Assembly (NCBI GenBank): GCA_017409905.1 | Contig: JAFQRV010000022.1 | Coordinates: forward strand, 4,383-68,382 | DNA from: Bacilli bacterium | GTDB taxonomy: Bacteria > Bacillota_I > Bacilli_A > ML615J-28 > CAG-313 | Length of the DNA stretch: 64,000 nucleotides | Direction: 5' to 3' | The notes under the pieces: model-generated | Seen by the model: only the letters and a program-made list of their open reading frames with translations | Told to the model about the DNA's origin: nothing | Database searches by the model: none | In this document: piece after piece, positions 28,261 through 38,259 of the stretch | Layout of the letters: every line of letters begins with the position of its first letter | How positions within the stretch are numbered: the stretch's first letter is position 1 | Position numbers and translations under genes: made by a program

Positions 28261-28289
28261 ATTATATCACTAACCTTAATTTTTATCAA
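28261..28289 (-). promoter_or_regulatory. Candidate sigma-A promoter for ftsZ
   Basis: The minus strand reads TTGATA-17 nt-TATAAT, about 40 nt upstream of the ftsZ ATG with RBS AGGAGG between. AT-rich DNA produces such matches by chance, so confidence is moderate. Confidence 0.45.
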
Positions 28290-28323
28290 ATAAAAGAAAA
28301 AAATATTTTTTTATCAATATTTT

Positions 28324-28357
28324 TAAAAAAGTCTTAAAAGATGTAATCCTTTAAGAC
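28324..28357 (-). terminator. Rho-independent terminator after the 942-aa lipoprotein gene
   Basis: The stem AGTCTTAAA/TTTAAGACT is followed by a U-run on the minus strand. The sequence is homologous to the terminator after the paralogue at 36672-36710. Confidence 0.6.
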
Positions 28358-28378
28358 TTTTAAAATATCAAAGATTTC

Positions 28379-31207
28379 TTAACCTATTAATGTATCTAAC
28401 ATCTGTTGATATACAGGTAGATTTTCATTAAGTATATATGAATAATCTTCGTTATAATCTAACAATCTATGCATCCAAGTATCCTTACCATTTAATTGAA
28501 AATCAGATCCATTGCCTGCCATTTTTGATAAAATATCGAAATAGTCAATATATCCATATTTATCCAGATTATTTTCAACACTCATAATTGCATCTACTGA
28601 TTGTGTAGAATCTATACGTTTACTTAATTCTATTCTATACATATCTTCTTCAGTAACATCTAAAAGATTATATTTAGGAGCAAGTCCTCTACATAAATCA
28701 TCTAGGATATTAACTAAAACACTTGTAGTTAAACCATTATCATTTTCTTCAATTTTTCTTATTACATATGTGCTTTCTTCAATTCCACCAAACATATAAG
28801 AAGAATCTACACTAATAGGAACAGTATAGTTTTCTTTTGATAGAGCATCACCATCTATTGTTGGATATGGTACAACTGAGATTTCCATTCTTTCTTTTGT
28901 TTCATCACTCGGTAAAAATCCCGTACTAGATGATAGATACCATATTTTTCCTGTTTGAAATAATTGGTTACCAGCCATGAATTCATCACAAACATTACTA
29001 GGAGTTAATCTTAATAATCCATATGCATTTAGAGTTCTTAATTTTTCAATATTTTCACTAACTTTAGCATTGCCAAATACTACTTGTTTAATATACGGAT
29101 CAACTAATTTACTATCTTGTGCTGTTAATACACCTTGAATAAGCTCATAAGCCCTTCCACCAATTGCGTACATTTGAGGATCACTTTCAGTCTTAGCTGA
29201 ATCAAATGCTTGTTGAGCAGTTACTAAGAAATTATAGAATGTTGTCCAATCCCATTTACCTTCATTCCATAGAGTAGCTGGATCTTCTAAACCATATTTT
29301 CTTATTAATTTTTGATTATAATATAAGAATGTATTCGCATGAGGTTTTTCAGAACAATACCCATATACTTTATTGTTATAACTATATAAATTCAAATAAG
29401 CATGATGTTGAGTATATCCGATATCAGTAAATGAGCCTCCCACTTGTTCATTGTTATATGTATTTCTATTAAATCTAACATTTTCCAATGGAGCAAGTAC
29501 TCCACCCTCTACAATTAATGGAATCCAATCACCTGAAACCTCTAAAATATGTCCTTTTGTATCTTTTTTAATCCATTCAATACGGTCAGTTCCCCAAGAA
29601 CCTAAATGACATTCTATCGATAAAGTAATATTATAAGCTTGTTCAATATTATAAATTTGAACTGCTCTATCATATTGTCTATCACCTGTATAACGAGCTG
29701 AACGTGGATCTACTTCTTCAGGAGTACCGTGTAATAATTTGATAATCATACCTTTTCCATCAAATCCACTCTTATTATAATTCCAATCCCAAGTATCCGG
29801 ATCTAAACAAAGAGGATTTTCTGGACTAGTTGAACAATCTAATTTTTCAGTTACAGTCATATCAAATGAATAACTAATGCTAGGATACATTTCTAAAGCA
29901 ATTGTCACTGTTACTTTTCCTACTTTTAAAGGTTTAATTGTACCATCTTCTAATATGTCTATAATACCTTCTTCACTATAACTAATATTGTATTCTTTAG
30001 AACTACCAAACTTAGAAGATATAATTACTTCTAGTTTTTGATGTTCGTTTTCTTTTAAATTAATATTTTTTAAAAAACTATTAGTAGATATTTTATAATC
30101 ATTATAAACATTTAGATGATAAATATACTTGATATCTTCATTTATCTTACTTTCAATAATAACATATCCACTTCCTTCTTTTATGGCTTTAATCATTGAT
30201 CCATTAACTTCCAATAAATTTTCAGGATATGTTGAAATATTAAATTCTTGAGAAGATACATCTAATGGATAGAACTTAATATCTAGTACTATTTCTTCTT
30301 CTATTCCCATATTTCCTTGTGTGCCATTAACCGCAATAGATTCAGGAATTAAATCTAAGTTAGATACAACTTTAACTTTTTTACTTAAGACAATACTTGG
30401 ATTTTCTTTTAAAGTAATAGTTACTAAAGTACTACCTTCTTTTAATGTTTTAACTTTTCCATTATCAAAAGAAAGTATACTTGGATCACTTATTTCTAAA
30501 GTATAATTATCACTTGAAATATTTGTTCCTTTAAATAAAACATTAATAGTAACTTCTTTATTAGTTTCCATAAAATCTTCTAAATTAATTACTGTAAAAT
30601 CATCTTGATAAACTTTAATTTCTTTTTCAACTCTTATATTATAATCATCTTTTAAAAAGAATACTATTTTTACATTTCCTTCTTTTAGGGGAATAATTGT
30701 ATCATTTTCAATTTTAATTAAGTCTTCTGGAATTATCATATAATTATAAAGTGCTTTTTCTCCATTATATAAAACATCAAACTTAACTTTTTCTCCTAAC
30801 TCAATACTACTAGGTATATTTTCAACACTTAATCCAGAAGCAACTAAAGATGATTTAACATTTACAGCAAACTGTGTTACCACAGCATCATTTGCTAATG
30901 ATCTTACATAAATAATTGCACTTCCAACATTTTTACCAGTTATTGTATTACCGTTAATTTCTACAATACCTTCTGGATATGCTTCTATTTCATAAGTTTT
31001 ATTAATAGCATTATTTGGCAGTACTTCTACAGAAATAGTAAAAGATTCATCTACTTTAATTTCTTTTTTATTTCCTAAAACGTTTATAATATTTGGTAAT
31101 ATTATATCATTTCCTCCATCATTACCATCTTTATCGCCAGAATTACCTGTACAACCAGTTAATAATAATGAAAAACAAACCAATAAAAACATTAAATATT
31201 TTTTCAT
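28379..31207 (-). CDS. Surface lipoprotein: five Ig-like (Big_2-type) domains fused to a solute-binding-protein-like C-terminal domain
   Basis: 942 aa with lipobox LLLTGC. Five units of about 80 aa carry Big_2-like ends (for example ITGKNVGSAIIYVRS and KPLKVGKVTVTIAL). The C-terminal 485 aa or so (nt 28379-29836) is paralogous to ORF 36719-38251, with shared strings such as DPATLWNEGKWDWTTF and SVDAIMSVE.NLDKYGY. Confidence 0.7.
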   Translation of the reverse strand: MKKYLMFLLVCFSLLLTGCTGNSGDKDGNDGGNDIILPNIINVLGNKKEIKVDESFTISVEVLPNNAINKTYEIEAYPEGIVEINGNTITGKNVGSAIIYVRSLANDAVVTQFAVNVKSSLVASGLSVENIPSSIELGEKVKFDVLYNGEKALYNYMIIPEDLIKIENDTIIPLKEGNVKIVFFLKDDYNIRVEKEIKVYQDDFTVINLEDFMETNKEVTINVLFKGTNISSDNYTLEISDPSILSFDNGKVKTLKEGSTLVTITLKENPSIVLSKKVKVVSNLDLIPESIAVNGTQGNMGIEEEIVLDIKFYPLDVSSQEFNISTYPENLLEVNGSMIKAIKEGSGYVIIESKINEDIKYIYHLNVYNDYKISTNSFLKNINLKENEHQKLEVIISSKFGSSKEYNISYSEEGIIDILEDGTIKPLKVGKVTVTIALEMYPSISYSFDMTVTEKLDCSTSPENPLCLDPDTWDWNYNKSGFDGKGMIIKLLHGTPEEVDPRSARYTGDRQYDRAVQIYNIEQAYNITLSIECHLGSWGTDRIEWIKKDTKGHILEVSGDWIPLIVEGGVLAPLENVRFNRNTYNNEQVGGSFTDIGYTQHHAYLNLYSYNNKVYGYCSEKPHANTFLYYNQKLIRKYGLEDPATLWNEGKWDWTTFYNFLVTAQQAFDSAKTESDPQMYAIGGRAYELIQGVLTAQDSKLVDPYIKQVVFGNAKVSENIEKLRTLNAYGLLRLTPSNVCDEFMAGNQLFQTGKIWYLSSSTGFLPSDETKERMEISVVPYPTIDGDALSKENYTVPISVDSSYMFGGIEESTYVIRKIEENDNGLTTSVLVNILDDLCRGLAPKYNLLDVTEEDMYRIELSKRIDSTQSVDAIMSVENNLDKYGYIDYFDILSKMAGNGSDFQLNGKDTWMHRLLDYNEDYSYILNENLPVYQQMLDTLIG

Positions 31208-31266
31208 AATGCCCTCCTAAACTATTCTAATTATATCATATTCATCAATTATTATCAACATTTTGT

Positions 31267-32568
31267 CTAAATAATAATAGATAAAACAATTAAAGCAGTT
31301 AATAAAGTAGGAATAGAAATAATAATCCCATACTTAATAAATTTCTTGAAACCGTAATTTACATCATACTTAACTAGTAATGAAGTAAACATTATTCCAG
31401 CTAAAGCTCCAATTGGGGTTAAAAAAGCCCCAATATTAGAACCTATAATAGTTGCATATATTGCTCTTAAATTATTAACTTCTAAACTCATATGAGGAAT
31501 TGAACTAAACAATACACTCATTGGAATATTATTAATTAAATCACAACATAAGAAACTTAATACTCCATATCTAAATATAATATCTTTATCTCCTAATAGA
31601 TTGGAAATATAATTGCTAATATTATACTTGTTTAAGCCAATCACTATTACAAACATTGATAATACAAAAGGAATTAACTCATATGGTAATCTTTTAATTG
31701 TACTAAATAAACTATTTAATTTAGTTCTAGTAATTAATTTACTAATTAAAATGATTAATAATAAACTAATAGCACAAAGTAAAGATATTAACCACATATC
31801 TAAATGAATATAACTAGATATGACTAATAAGATTAAACATATGCCTAAATGGATAATTGATACAACAAAATCAAATCTATTAGTTATATGACTTACTTCA
31901 AAGTGATTAACCATTGGTTTATTTAATTTCTTTCTAAAGACCAATAAAATCAAAATAAATTCGACAATTCCTGCTATTAATGTAGGAATAAACATTACTT
32001 TTAAATAAGTTAGAAAATCAATATTATTTGAAGAAGCTAAAAAGATATTAGTTGGATTACCAATAATTAACATCATACTCCAAGTATTTGCTGCAGCAAA
32101 TTCTCCAACTAGATAAGGGATAGGATCAATATCAGAATTTTTACAAAAATAACAAATAAATGGAGTAAAAGTTAAAATTACAATATCATTTGATGTAAAG
32201 ACAGTTAATATCGCAATCAAAAAATATAAAATTACAAATAAAACTATTTGATTACTTTTAGCAATACTCCCCGCAATACTAGCCAAATATTTAAAGAATC
32301 CTACCTCATCTAAAAAGATTGATAATAAAGTCATTGAGAAAAATAAAATAAGAATTTTAATAGGATTCATTGGGCTATTAGAAAATAGGGTATTAATAAT
32401 ATCATTCCCATTAACTAAATTTAAAATAATTAATGATAGTGCACCAATTAATGCCACTACCCAATACGTATTGACATTTAAATGTCTTATTTTAATTTTA
32501 GGAAAAAATAAAACAGATAAGATTAAAACAACACATGTTACAATTGATATAATAATTGTAGTTATCAT
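31267..32568 (-). CDS. ArsB/NhaD superfamily ion permease
   Basis: 433 aa with about 11-12 TM helices. The motif SNDIVILTFTPF and the overall layout are typical of ArsB/YbiR-type anion permeases. Confidence 0.6.
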   Translation of the reverse strand: MITTIIISIVTCVVLILSVLFFPKIKIRHLNVNTYWVVALIGALSLIILNLVNGNDIINTLFSNSPMNPIKILILFFSMTLLSIFLDEVGFFKYLASIAGSIAKSNQIVLFVILYFLIAILTVFTSNDIVILTFTPFICYFCKNSDIDPIPYLVGEFAAANTWSMMLIIGNPTNIFLASSNNIDFLTYLKVMFIPTLIAGIVEFILILLVFRKKLNKPMVNHFEVSHITNRFDFVVSIIHLGICLILLVISSYIHLDMWLISLLCAISLLLIILISKLITRTKLNSLFSTIKRLPYELIPFVLSMFVIVIGLNKYNISNYISNLLGDKDIIFRYGVLSFLCCDLINNIPMSVLFSSIPHMSLEVNNLRAIYATIIGSNIGAFLTPIGALAGIMFTSLLVKYDVNYGFKKFIKYGIIISIPTLLTALIVLSIII

Positions 32569-32689
32569 ATTAGTACCTCTTTTAAAAAACAGAAAATATT
32601 ATACTCTTATCATATTCTTTTTTCAATTAATATAACCTTTAAAAATAAAAATAAAGCGAAAGAATTTTTTCTTTCGCTTTATAATAGTT

Positions 32690-33241
32690 CTACTTATTCT
32701 TATAATGTTCTAATAATTCTTTAAATCTAGCATAGTGAACTATTTCTCTTTGTCTTAAGAAAAGTAAAGGTTTTAATACTTCTGGATCAGTTGTTAAATC
32801 AATTAAATTTTCATAAACTGCTCTTGCTTTTTCTTCAGCTGCCATATCTTCATGAATATTAGCAAAAACATCACCAACAGAAGAAATATAAGCTGTAGTA
32901 AAAGGTAATCCAGAAGCATTTTGTGGATAAAGATCTATACCATGTTCTGTATAATAATCTTCCATTCCTGCTTCTTTAAAGTCTTCATATGTTGCACCTT
33001 TAGTAAGAGCTACCATCATTTCACAAAGCATTTCAACATGTGATAATTCTTCTGTTCCAATGTCTTTTAATAATGTTTTACCATAATCATCAGGCATTGT
33101 ATAGCTTTGATTCAAATATCTTAAAGCTGCACCAAGTTCACCTTGTGGTCCACCATATTGACTCATAATTACTTTAGCTAATTTTAAATCTCTTTTTTTA
33201 ATATTGATTGGAAAAGCCAATCTTTTTTCATACATCCACAT
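32690..33241 (-). CDS. cotJC: Spore coat protein CotJC (manganese-catalase family)
   Basis: 183 aa with MWMYEKRLAFPINIKK...QYGGPQGELGAALRYLNQSYTMP and ELSHVEM. A TAATG overlap joins it to the upstream cotJB-like gene. Confidence 0.9.
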   Translation of the reverse strand: MWMYEKRLAFPINIKKRDLKLAKVIMSQYGGPQGELGAALRYLNQSYTMPDDYGKTLLKDIGTEELSHVEMLCEMMVALTKGATYEDFKEAGMEDYYTEHGIDLYPQNASGLPFTTAYISSVGDVFANIHEDMAAEEKARAVYENLIDLTTDPEVLKPLLFLRQREIVHYARFKELLEHYKNK

Positions 33242-33633
33242 TAGTTATACACCCCATTTGGCCAATTGTTTAGCCATTTCCATGGAGTAGTATTTAATGA
33301 ATCAGATGTTAAAGTTAAAGCATTGTACTTCTTCTCATATTCATTTACTAAATTACAATAACGCATTTTAGCTTCAACAAATTTTTCCAAAACATTTGCA
33401 TCATTTGGATGAGTATCTAAATATAAAGCTAAATCATTCATAATAAAAGCATACATACTAATTTCATAAAGTAATTTATCTTTTTCATTAGTAATTGTTA
33501 CTTCTTTAATTTGATAATTTTTATAAGGCTTATATAAGTCTTCAAACATATTACCTCTTAAAAAACCTAAATTATCACTTGTTAGATTATTATCTTTAAC
33601 TAAGTAATTTTTAAAGTAATTTATATGATTCAT
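33241..33633 (-). CDS. cotJB: CotJB-like spore coat protein with an N-terminal CotJA-like segment
   Basis: 130 aa. The CotJB core is LLYEISMYAFIMNDLALYLDTHPND...EYEKKYNALT. The N-terminal LGFLRGNMFEDLYKPYKNY resembles the CotJA GTxFPxLxxPY motif. Confidence 0.75.
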   Translation of the reverse strand: MNHINYFKNYLVKDNNLTSDNLGFLRGNMFEDLYKPYKNYQIKEVTITNEKDKLLYEISMYAFIMNDLALYLDTHPNDANVLEKFVEAKMRYCNLVNEYEKKYNALTLTSDSLNTTPWKWLNNWPNGVYN

Positions 33634-33671
33634 AATTCCCCTCCCTTAAATATAATATGTTAATAAGATAT

Positions 33672-34577
33672 TTAAGAATAGGCAATTGAATTGTTTGTAA
33701 TAATTTTTACTTCGGTTTTTAAATCAATTTGGTAATTTATCAAAACACTTATTTTAACATAATAGATTAATGCTAACATTTCATTAAATGTCGCATTCTT
33801 TAAATTAACAAAAAAATTAGTATGCTTAAACGAGATTGCAGCATCATTAATTCTAAACCCTCTTAAGCCTAATTTATCAATTAACTCCCAAGCTTGATAA
33901 TTAATTCCATTAATAAACATACTTCCAGCAGTATACGTATTAACTGGTTGGGTATTTCTTTTAATTTCTTGATATTTATTTAAAAGTTCTAAACTATTTT
34001 CTTTTTTATTTTGAAAATCTAATAATACTTTTAGAATAATTAAGTGATTTTTGCTAAAACAAGTTTTACGATAACCACATTTTAAATCTTTTAAAAAAAT
34101 TATTTTCCCCTCTTGATTTAAACAAATAACTCCTCTTACAATATGATCAATACTTTTTTTAAAACAAGAAGCATTCATATATACTAATCCACCAATAGTA
34201 CCTGGTATTAATACTAAAGGTAGAGCATCAATATATCCATCTTCTATAATCTTTTTCCCTAATACTTGTGGTTTTAAACCACTATCTACTAAATATACGT
34301 GTTCATTTAATTTTAAGATTTTATTTAATCTTCTTAAACTAATAAATACAATATCTAAATACTCATCATCAATTAATAAATTACTTCCATTACCAATAAT
34401 AAAGTATCGATACTTTTCTTTATTTAAATATTTAATAAGTTTTATTAAAGAATGACTACTATTAACTTCAACATAATAAGAACAAATACCACCTATTTTA
34501 AAAGTGGTATGTTTTTTTATGCTATAGTTTTTATAACAAATTCCTATATTTTCTTTATCAATATAATCTTTCAACAT
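33672..34577 (-). CDS. murB: UDP-N-acetylenolpyruvoylglucosamine reductase
   Basis: 301 aa with the FAD-binding domain motifs TFKIGGICSYYVEV and IIGNGSNLLI. It follows murG. Confidence 0.85.
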   Translation of the reverse strand: MLKDYIDKENIGICYKNYSIKKHTTFKIGGICSYYVEVNSSHSLIKLIKYLNKEKYRYFIIGNGSNLLIDDEYLDIVFISLRRLNKILKLNEHVYLVDSGLKPQVLGKKIIEDGYIDALPLVLIPGTIGGLVYMNASCFKKSIDHIVRGVICLNQEGKIIFLKDLKCGYRKTCFSKNHLIILKVLLDFQNKKENSLELLNKYQEIKRNTQPVNTYTAGSMFINGINYQAWELIDKLGLRGFRINDAAISFKHTNFFVNLKNATFNEMLALIYYVKISVLINYQIDLKTEVKIITNNSIAYS

Positions 34578-35556
34578 TATTAATCTCCTTAATAAAACTT
34601 AAACTGGCATTAGTATATTTATTTATAATTTTTATATTTTCTAATTTCTTTAAGGCTTTTATTAAATTGTCTACATTTAAATCTTTTTCTTCAATGACAA
34701 TACCATTTTCTTGTATTGCGTTAAAATACTGATGATTATTACTAACATTAGGAGATGGAATAATGATTGGAAGAATATTTAAACTTTTTATTTCGGAAAG
34801 AGTTGTTGCTCCTGCTCTAGTAATTATATATTTAGTATCTTTTAAATAATTTGATAAATTATCAATAAAAGGTACCACTTTTAAATGTTCTTTTTCTTTT
34901 ACTTTTTTGCTGATATCATCATAATACTTCTTACCAGTTATAAAAGTAATATCAAAGTTATTACTGTATTCATGATTTAAAAAATCAATCATTACTTGAT
35001 TTAAAAAAGATGCTCCATTACTACCACCTACTATTACTAACTTTTTATCATCTTTTCTGATATCTAATCTTTCTAATTCCACTAGATTAGGATTTCCAAC
35101 TATTACACTATTTTTATAATTTTTCTTTAACTTATAATTTAATAATAACTTTTGACATCTAATCTTACAAATTTTATTACCTAATCCCATTACCGCATTT
35201 TGTTCATGAATAATAGTTTTTATTTTCATTCTTTGAGCTTCTAAGATTCCCACACTTCCTAAAAAAGATCCAAAGCCAATAACAATATTTGGTCGATATT
35301 TTAAATAAATTTGATTAAATTCTTTTTTTAATTTAAAAAATAATTTAATCTCTTCCATTCGATTTAAACTATTAATATCAATAAAGATGTTTTTATCAAA
35401 ACGACTTTTCTTTAAGACTTCTAAATCCTTTTGTTTAGATATTGTTATATATATAATTTTTACCATTGGATACTTATTTCGAATTTTTCTTCCAACCGCA
35501 ATCCCTGGAATAACATGACCTAAAGTACTTCCACCTAAAATAATTACTGTTTTCAT
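34558..35556 (-). CDS. murG: Undecaprenyl-PP-MurNAc-pentapeptide N-acetylglucosamine transferase
   Basis: 332 aa with the N-terminal G-loop ILGGSTLGHVIPGIAV and a GT28 layout. It sits between ftsW and murB. Confidence 0.8.
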   Translation of the reverse strand: MKTVIILGGSTLGHVIPGIAVGRKIRNKYPMVKIIYITISKQKDLEVLKKSRFDKNIFIDINSLNRMEEIKLFFKLKKEFNQIYLKYRPNIVIGFGSFLGSVGILEAQRMKIKTIIHEQNAVMGLGNKICKIRCQKLLLNYKLKKNYKNSVIVGNPNLVELERLDIRKDDKKLVIVGGSNGASFLNQVMIDFLNHEYSNNFDITFITGKKYYDDISKKVKEKEHLKVVPFIDNLSNYLKDTKYIITRAGATTLSEIKSLNILPIIIPSPNVSNNHQYFNAIQENGIVIEEKDLNVDNLIKALKKLENIKIINKYTNASLSFIKEINNVERLY

Positions 35557-36638
35557 ATTACCTCCATATACTTACTAATATTTAGTAATATACCCAGTCC
35601 TATTAAAGTTATTGTTAAACTACTTCCTCCATAACTAACTAAAGGAAGAGTAATGCCTGTAATTGGTAATAACCCAATAACTACACAAATATTAATAATA
35701 GCTTGAACAAAAATCAAAATACCGATACCAATACTAGTAAATGATAAATATAAATTATCTACTCTTGTACTAATTTTAATGGCTTTAAATAAAATTATAA
35801 AATATAAAATAACTAAAAACAATGCACCAATTAATCCTAATTCTTCACAAATGATTGCGAAAATAAAATCATTTTGTGGTTCAGGTAAAAAGAAATGTTT
35901 TTGAATACTTTTATTAAATCCTAAACCAAACAATCCTGATGGTGCTACAGCTAGTATTGATTGAATCCCTTGAAATCCACTTCCTAATGGATCACTCCAT
36001 GGATTTAAAAAAGCAAATATTCTTTCCATTCTATATGGTGCAGATATTATTAAACCAACAATTCCAATTATACCAATACCCATTAATCCAAAGAAATACT
36101 TTAATGGTACACCAGATATAAATAACAATAAAATACTACTAACTACTATTACTAATCCTGTACCGAAGTCTGGTTGTAACATAATTAATCCAAAAATCAA
36201 AATAATAATACTAAGCATTAAGACAAAATTTTTAAACTTTTTTAAATCTTCATAATATTTAGCTAAATAATTACTAATTAATAAAATTAAAGCAATCTTC
36301 ATAAACTCAGATGGTTGAATACTAAAAGTTCCAAGTCCAATCCAAGATTTTGCACCACCTCTTGTTGATCCAACAAAAAGCACTAAGATTAATAGTATTA
36401 GACTGATTAAAAAAATAATTTTTGTGTTGTTTTGTATTTTAAAAATATCAACCTTTATTGTTAATAACATTAATATTATCCCAATAAATGCAAATAGTAA
36501 TTGTCTTTTAAAATAATAAAAAGAATCATTGTATTTATAACTAGCAACTATATTACTAGCAGAAAAAACCATTAATAATCCAAATAATACTAATATTATT
36601 ATTACTATTAATAAACTATAATCAATCTTTCTTTTCAT
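35553..36638 (-). CDS. ftsW: FtsW/RodA/SpoVE (SEDS) family peptidoglycan polymerase
   Basis: 361 aa with 10 TM helices and the SEDS motifs IQPSEFMKIAL and PEPQNDFIFA. Its dcw-type context with murG favours FtsW or SpoVE. Confidence 0.8.
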   Translation of the reverse strand: MKRKIDYSLLIVIIILVLFGLLMVFSASNIVASYKYNDSFYYFKRQLLFAFIGIILMLLTIKVDIFKIQNNTKIIFLISLILLILVLFVGSTRGGAKSWIGLGTFSIQPSEFMKIALILLISNYLAKYYEDLKKFKNFVLMLSIIILIFGLIMLQPDFGTGLVIVVSSILLLFISGVPLKYFFGLMGIGIIGIVGLIISAPYRMERIFAFLNPWSDPLGSGFQGIQSILAVAPSGLFGLGFNKSIQKHFFLPEPQNDFIFAIICEELGLIGALFLVILYFIILFKAIKISTRVDNLYLSFTSIGIGILIFVQAIINICVVIGLLPITGITLPLVSYGGSSLTITLIGLGILLNISKYMEVI

Positions 36639-36671
36639 AAAACTACCTCATTAATTTTATGAATGAAAAAT

Positions 36672-36710
36672 AAAAAAAAGTCCTAAAAAGATTTAAAAAT
36701 CTTTTAGGAC
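36672..36710 (-). terminator. Rho-independent terminator after the 510-aa lipoprotein gene
   Basis: The stem GTCCTAAAAGAT/ATCTTTTAGGAC is followed by U8 on the minus strand. Confidence 0.7.
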
Positions 36711-36718
36711 TTTTACAA

Positions 36719-38251
36719 TTATCCAATTAACTCATTCAATGCATTTTGATATCTTTCTTGGTTATTGCTTAATATAAATTCTGTTCTTGCACCTTCATTT
36801 AATAAACCTAAATACCAATATTCATACATAAAAGTATTAGTATTTAAATATTGTTCAACTTCATCAATATATTCAAAATATCCATATTTATCAAGGTTTT
36901 CTTCAACACTCATAATGGCATCAACTGATGCTGTTGACTTAATTATTTCACTTAAATATGTTTTATATCTATCTTCTTTTTGAACATCTGAATAATCCAT
37001 AACTGGTGGAAGTCCATTTAAAAAGTCATCAAGAATATTAAATAATACTTTAGAAGTTAAACCATTTTCTCCATTAGAAATATTATTAACTACATAAGTT
37101 GAAATTGGTTTACGAGGAATCTTATATAAAGCTTTTGTTGATGCATCACCATCAGCAGTTGGATAAGGAACAACAGAAATATTCATCTTCTCTTCAATTG
37201 TATTCGCTGGCACAAATCTCATTGTACTTGTTAAATACCATAATTCTCCAGGTTGGAATAATTGATTACCATTAATAAAATCACCACATACAACATTTGG
37301 TGTTAAAGACCACATTTTACTATTTTTAAGTGGTTTTAATCTTTCAATAACTCCTAGTAATTCTTCAGTATAAAAATTCACTTTTTTATTTTCTAAATCA
37401 ACTAGTTTTCCACCTTGTGAAGCAAAAATGCCTTTAATTAGAAATTCATCAAATCCCCCATAACCATACATTTCTGGATCAGTTTCTTTTCTATTTTCAT
37501 CAAATGCTTGTTGAGCTGTTTTTAATAATTCACTAAATGTTGTCCAATCCCATTTACCTTCATTCCATAAAGTTGCAGGATCATCTAAATTATATTCATC
37601 AATTAAATCTTGATTATAATACAAGAAATAATCAGCATGTTCTTCTTCTAAAGAATAACCATAAATTTTATTATTATAATTATTAGCTAATTTGCTTTGT
37701 GAAGCATTATAATTAAAATCTGTAAAAAATCCATTAATTTGTTCCCATAAAGAAGTTTCATCATTATATTGAACATTTTCTAATATTGCTATACTTTCTT
37801 TTTCTGCTAATTGAGAAATCCAACTAGAAGAAACTGCAAAAATGTGACCAGTATTTTTACCTGAGTTATTAATCCATTCAACACGATTAGTTCCCCAAGA
37901 AGCTTCTACAGGAAATCTTTCAATAGAAAGATTAATATTATAAGCATCTTGAATTTCATATAAACGATACAATTTCTCAGATTTTCTTTCACCAATAAAA
38001 TCACCTGCATTAGGGTCTATTTCTTCAGGGTTTCCATGAAATAATTTAATAGTCATCCCTTTTCCATCAAAATTATTTCTGTTATACCGCCACTCCCAAG
38101 TCAATGGATCATCGCATTTCGCTTGATTTCGATCTTCAGAACAAGTTATTGAATTTTCATAGTCATTATCATTTCCATTATTATTTTGGATACAAGATGT
38201 ATTTATGACTAACAACATAAAAAATATAATGATCAATAAATATCTTTTCAT
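36719..38251 (-). CDS. Orphan solute-binding-protein-like lipoprotein, paralogue of the C-terminal half of ORF 28379-31207
   Basis: 510 aa with lipobox VINTSC. Conserved with the paralogue are the Cys pair followed by PLTWEW, FDGKGM.IKL.HG.PEE.DP, NI.LSIE, DPATLWNEGKWDWTTF and VVPYPT.DGDA. The overall composition resembles family-1 sugar ABC binding proteins. Confidence 0.65.
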   Translation of the reverse strand: MKRYLLIIIFFMLLVINTSCIQNNNGNDNDYENSITCSEDRNQAKCDDPLTWEWRYNRNNFDGKGMTIKLFHGNPEEIDPNAGDFIGERKSEKLYRLYEIQDAYNINLSIERFPVEASWGTNRVEWINNSGKNTGHIFAVSSSWISQLAEKESIAILENVQYNDETSLWEQINGFFTDFNYNASQSKLANNYNNKIYGYSLEEEHADYFLYYNQDLIDEYNLDDPATLWNEGKWDWTTFSELLKTAQQAFDENRKETDPEMYGYGGFDEFLIKGIFASQGGKLVDLENKKVNFYTEELLGVIERLKPLKNSKMWSLTPNVVCGDFINGNQLFQPGELWYLTSTMRFVPANTIEEKMNISVVPYPTADGDASTKALYKIPRKPISTYVVNNISNGENGLTSKVLFNILDDFLNGLPPVMDYSDVQKEDRYKTYLSEIIKSTASVDAIMSVEENLDKYGYFEYIDEVEQYLNTNTFMYEYWYLGLLNEGARTEFILSNNQERYQNALNELIG

Positions 38252-38259
38252 ATTACCTC

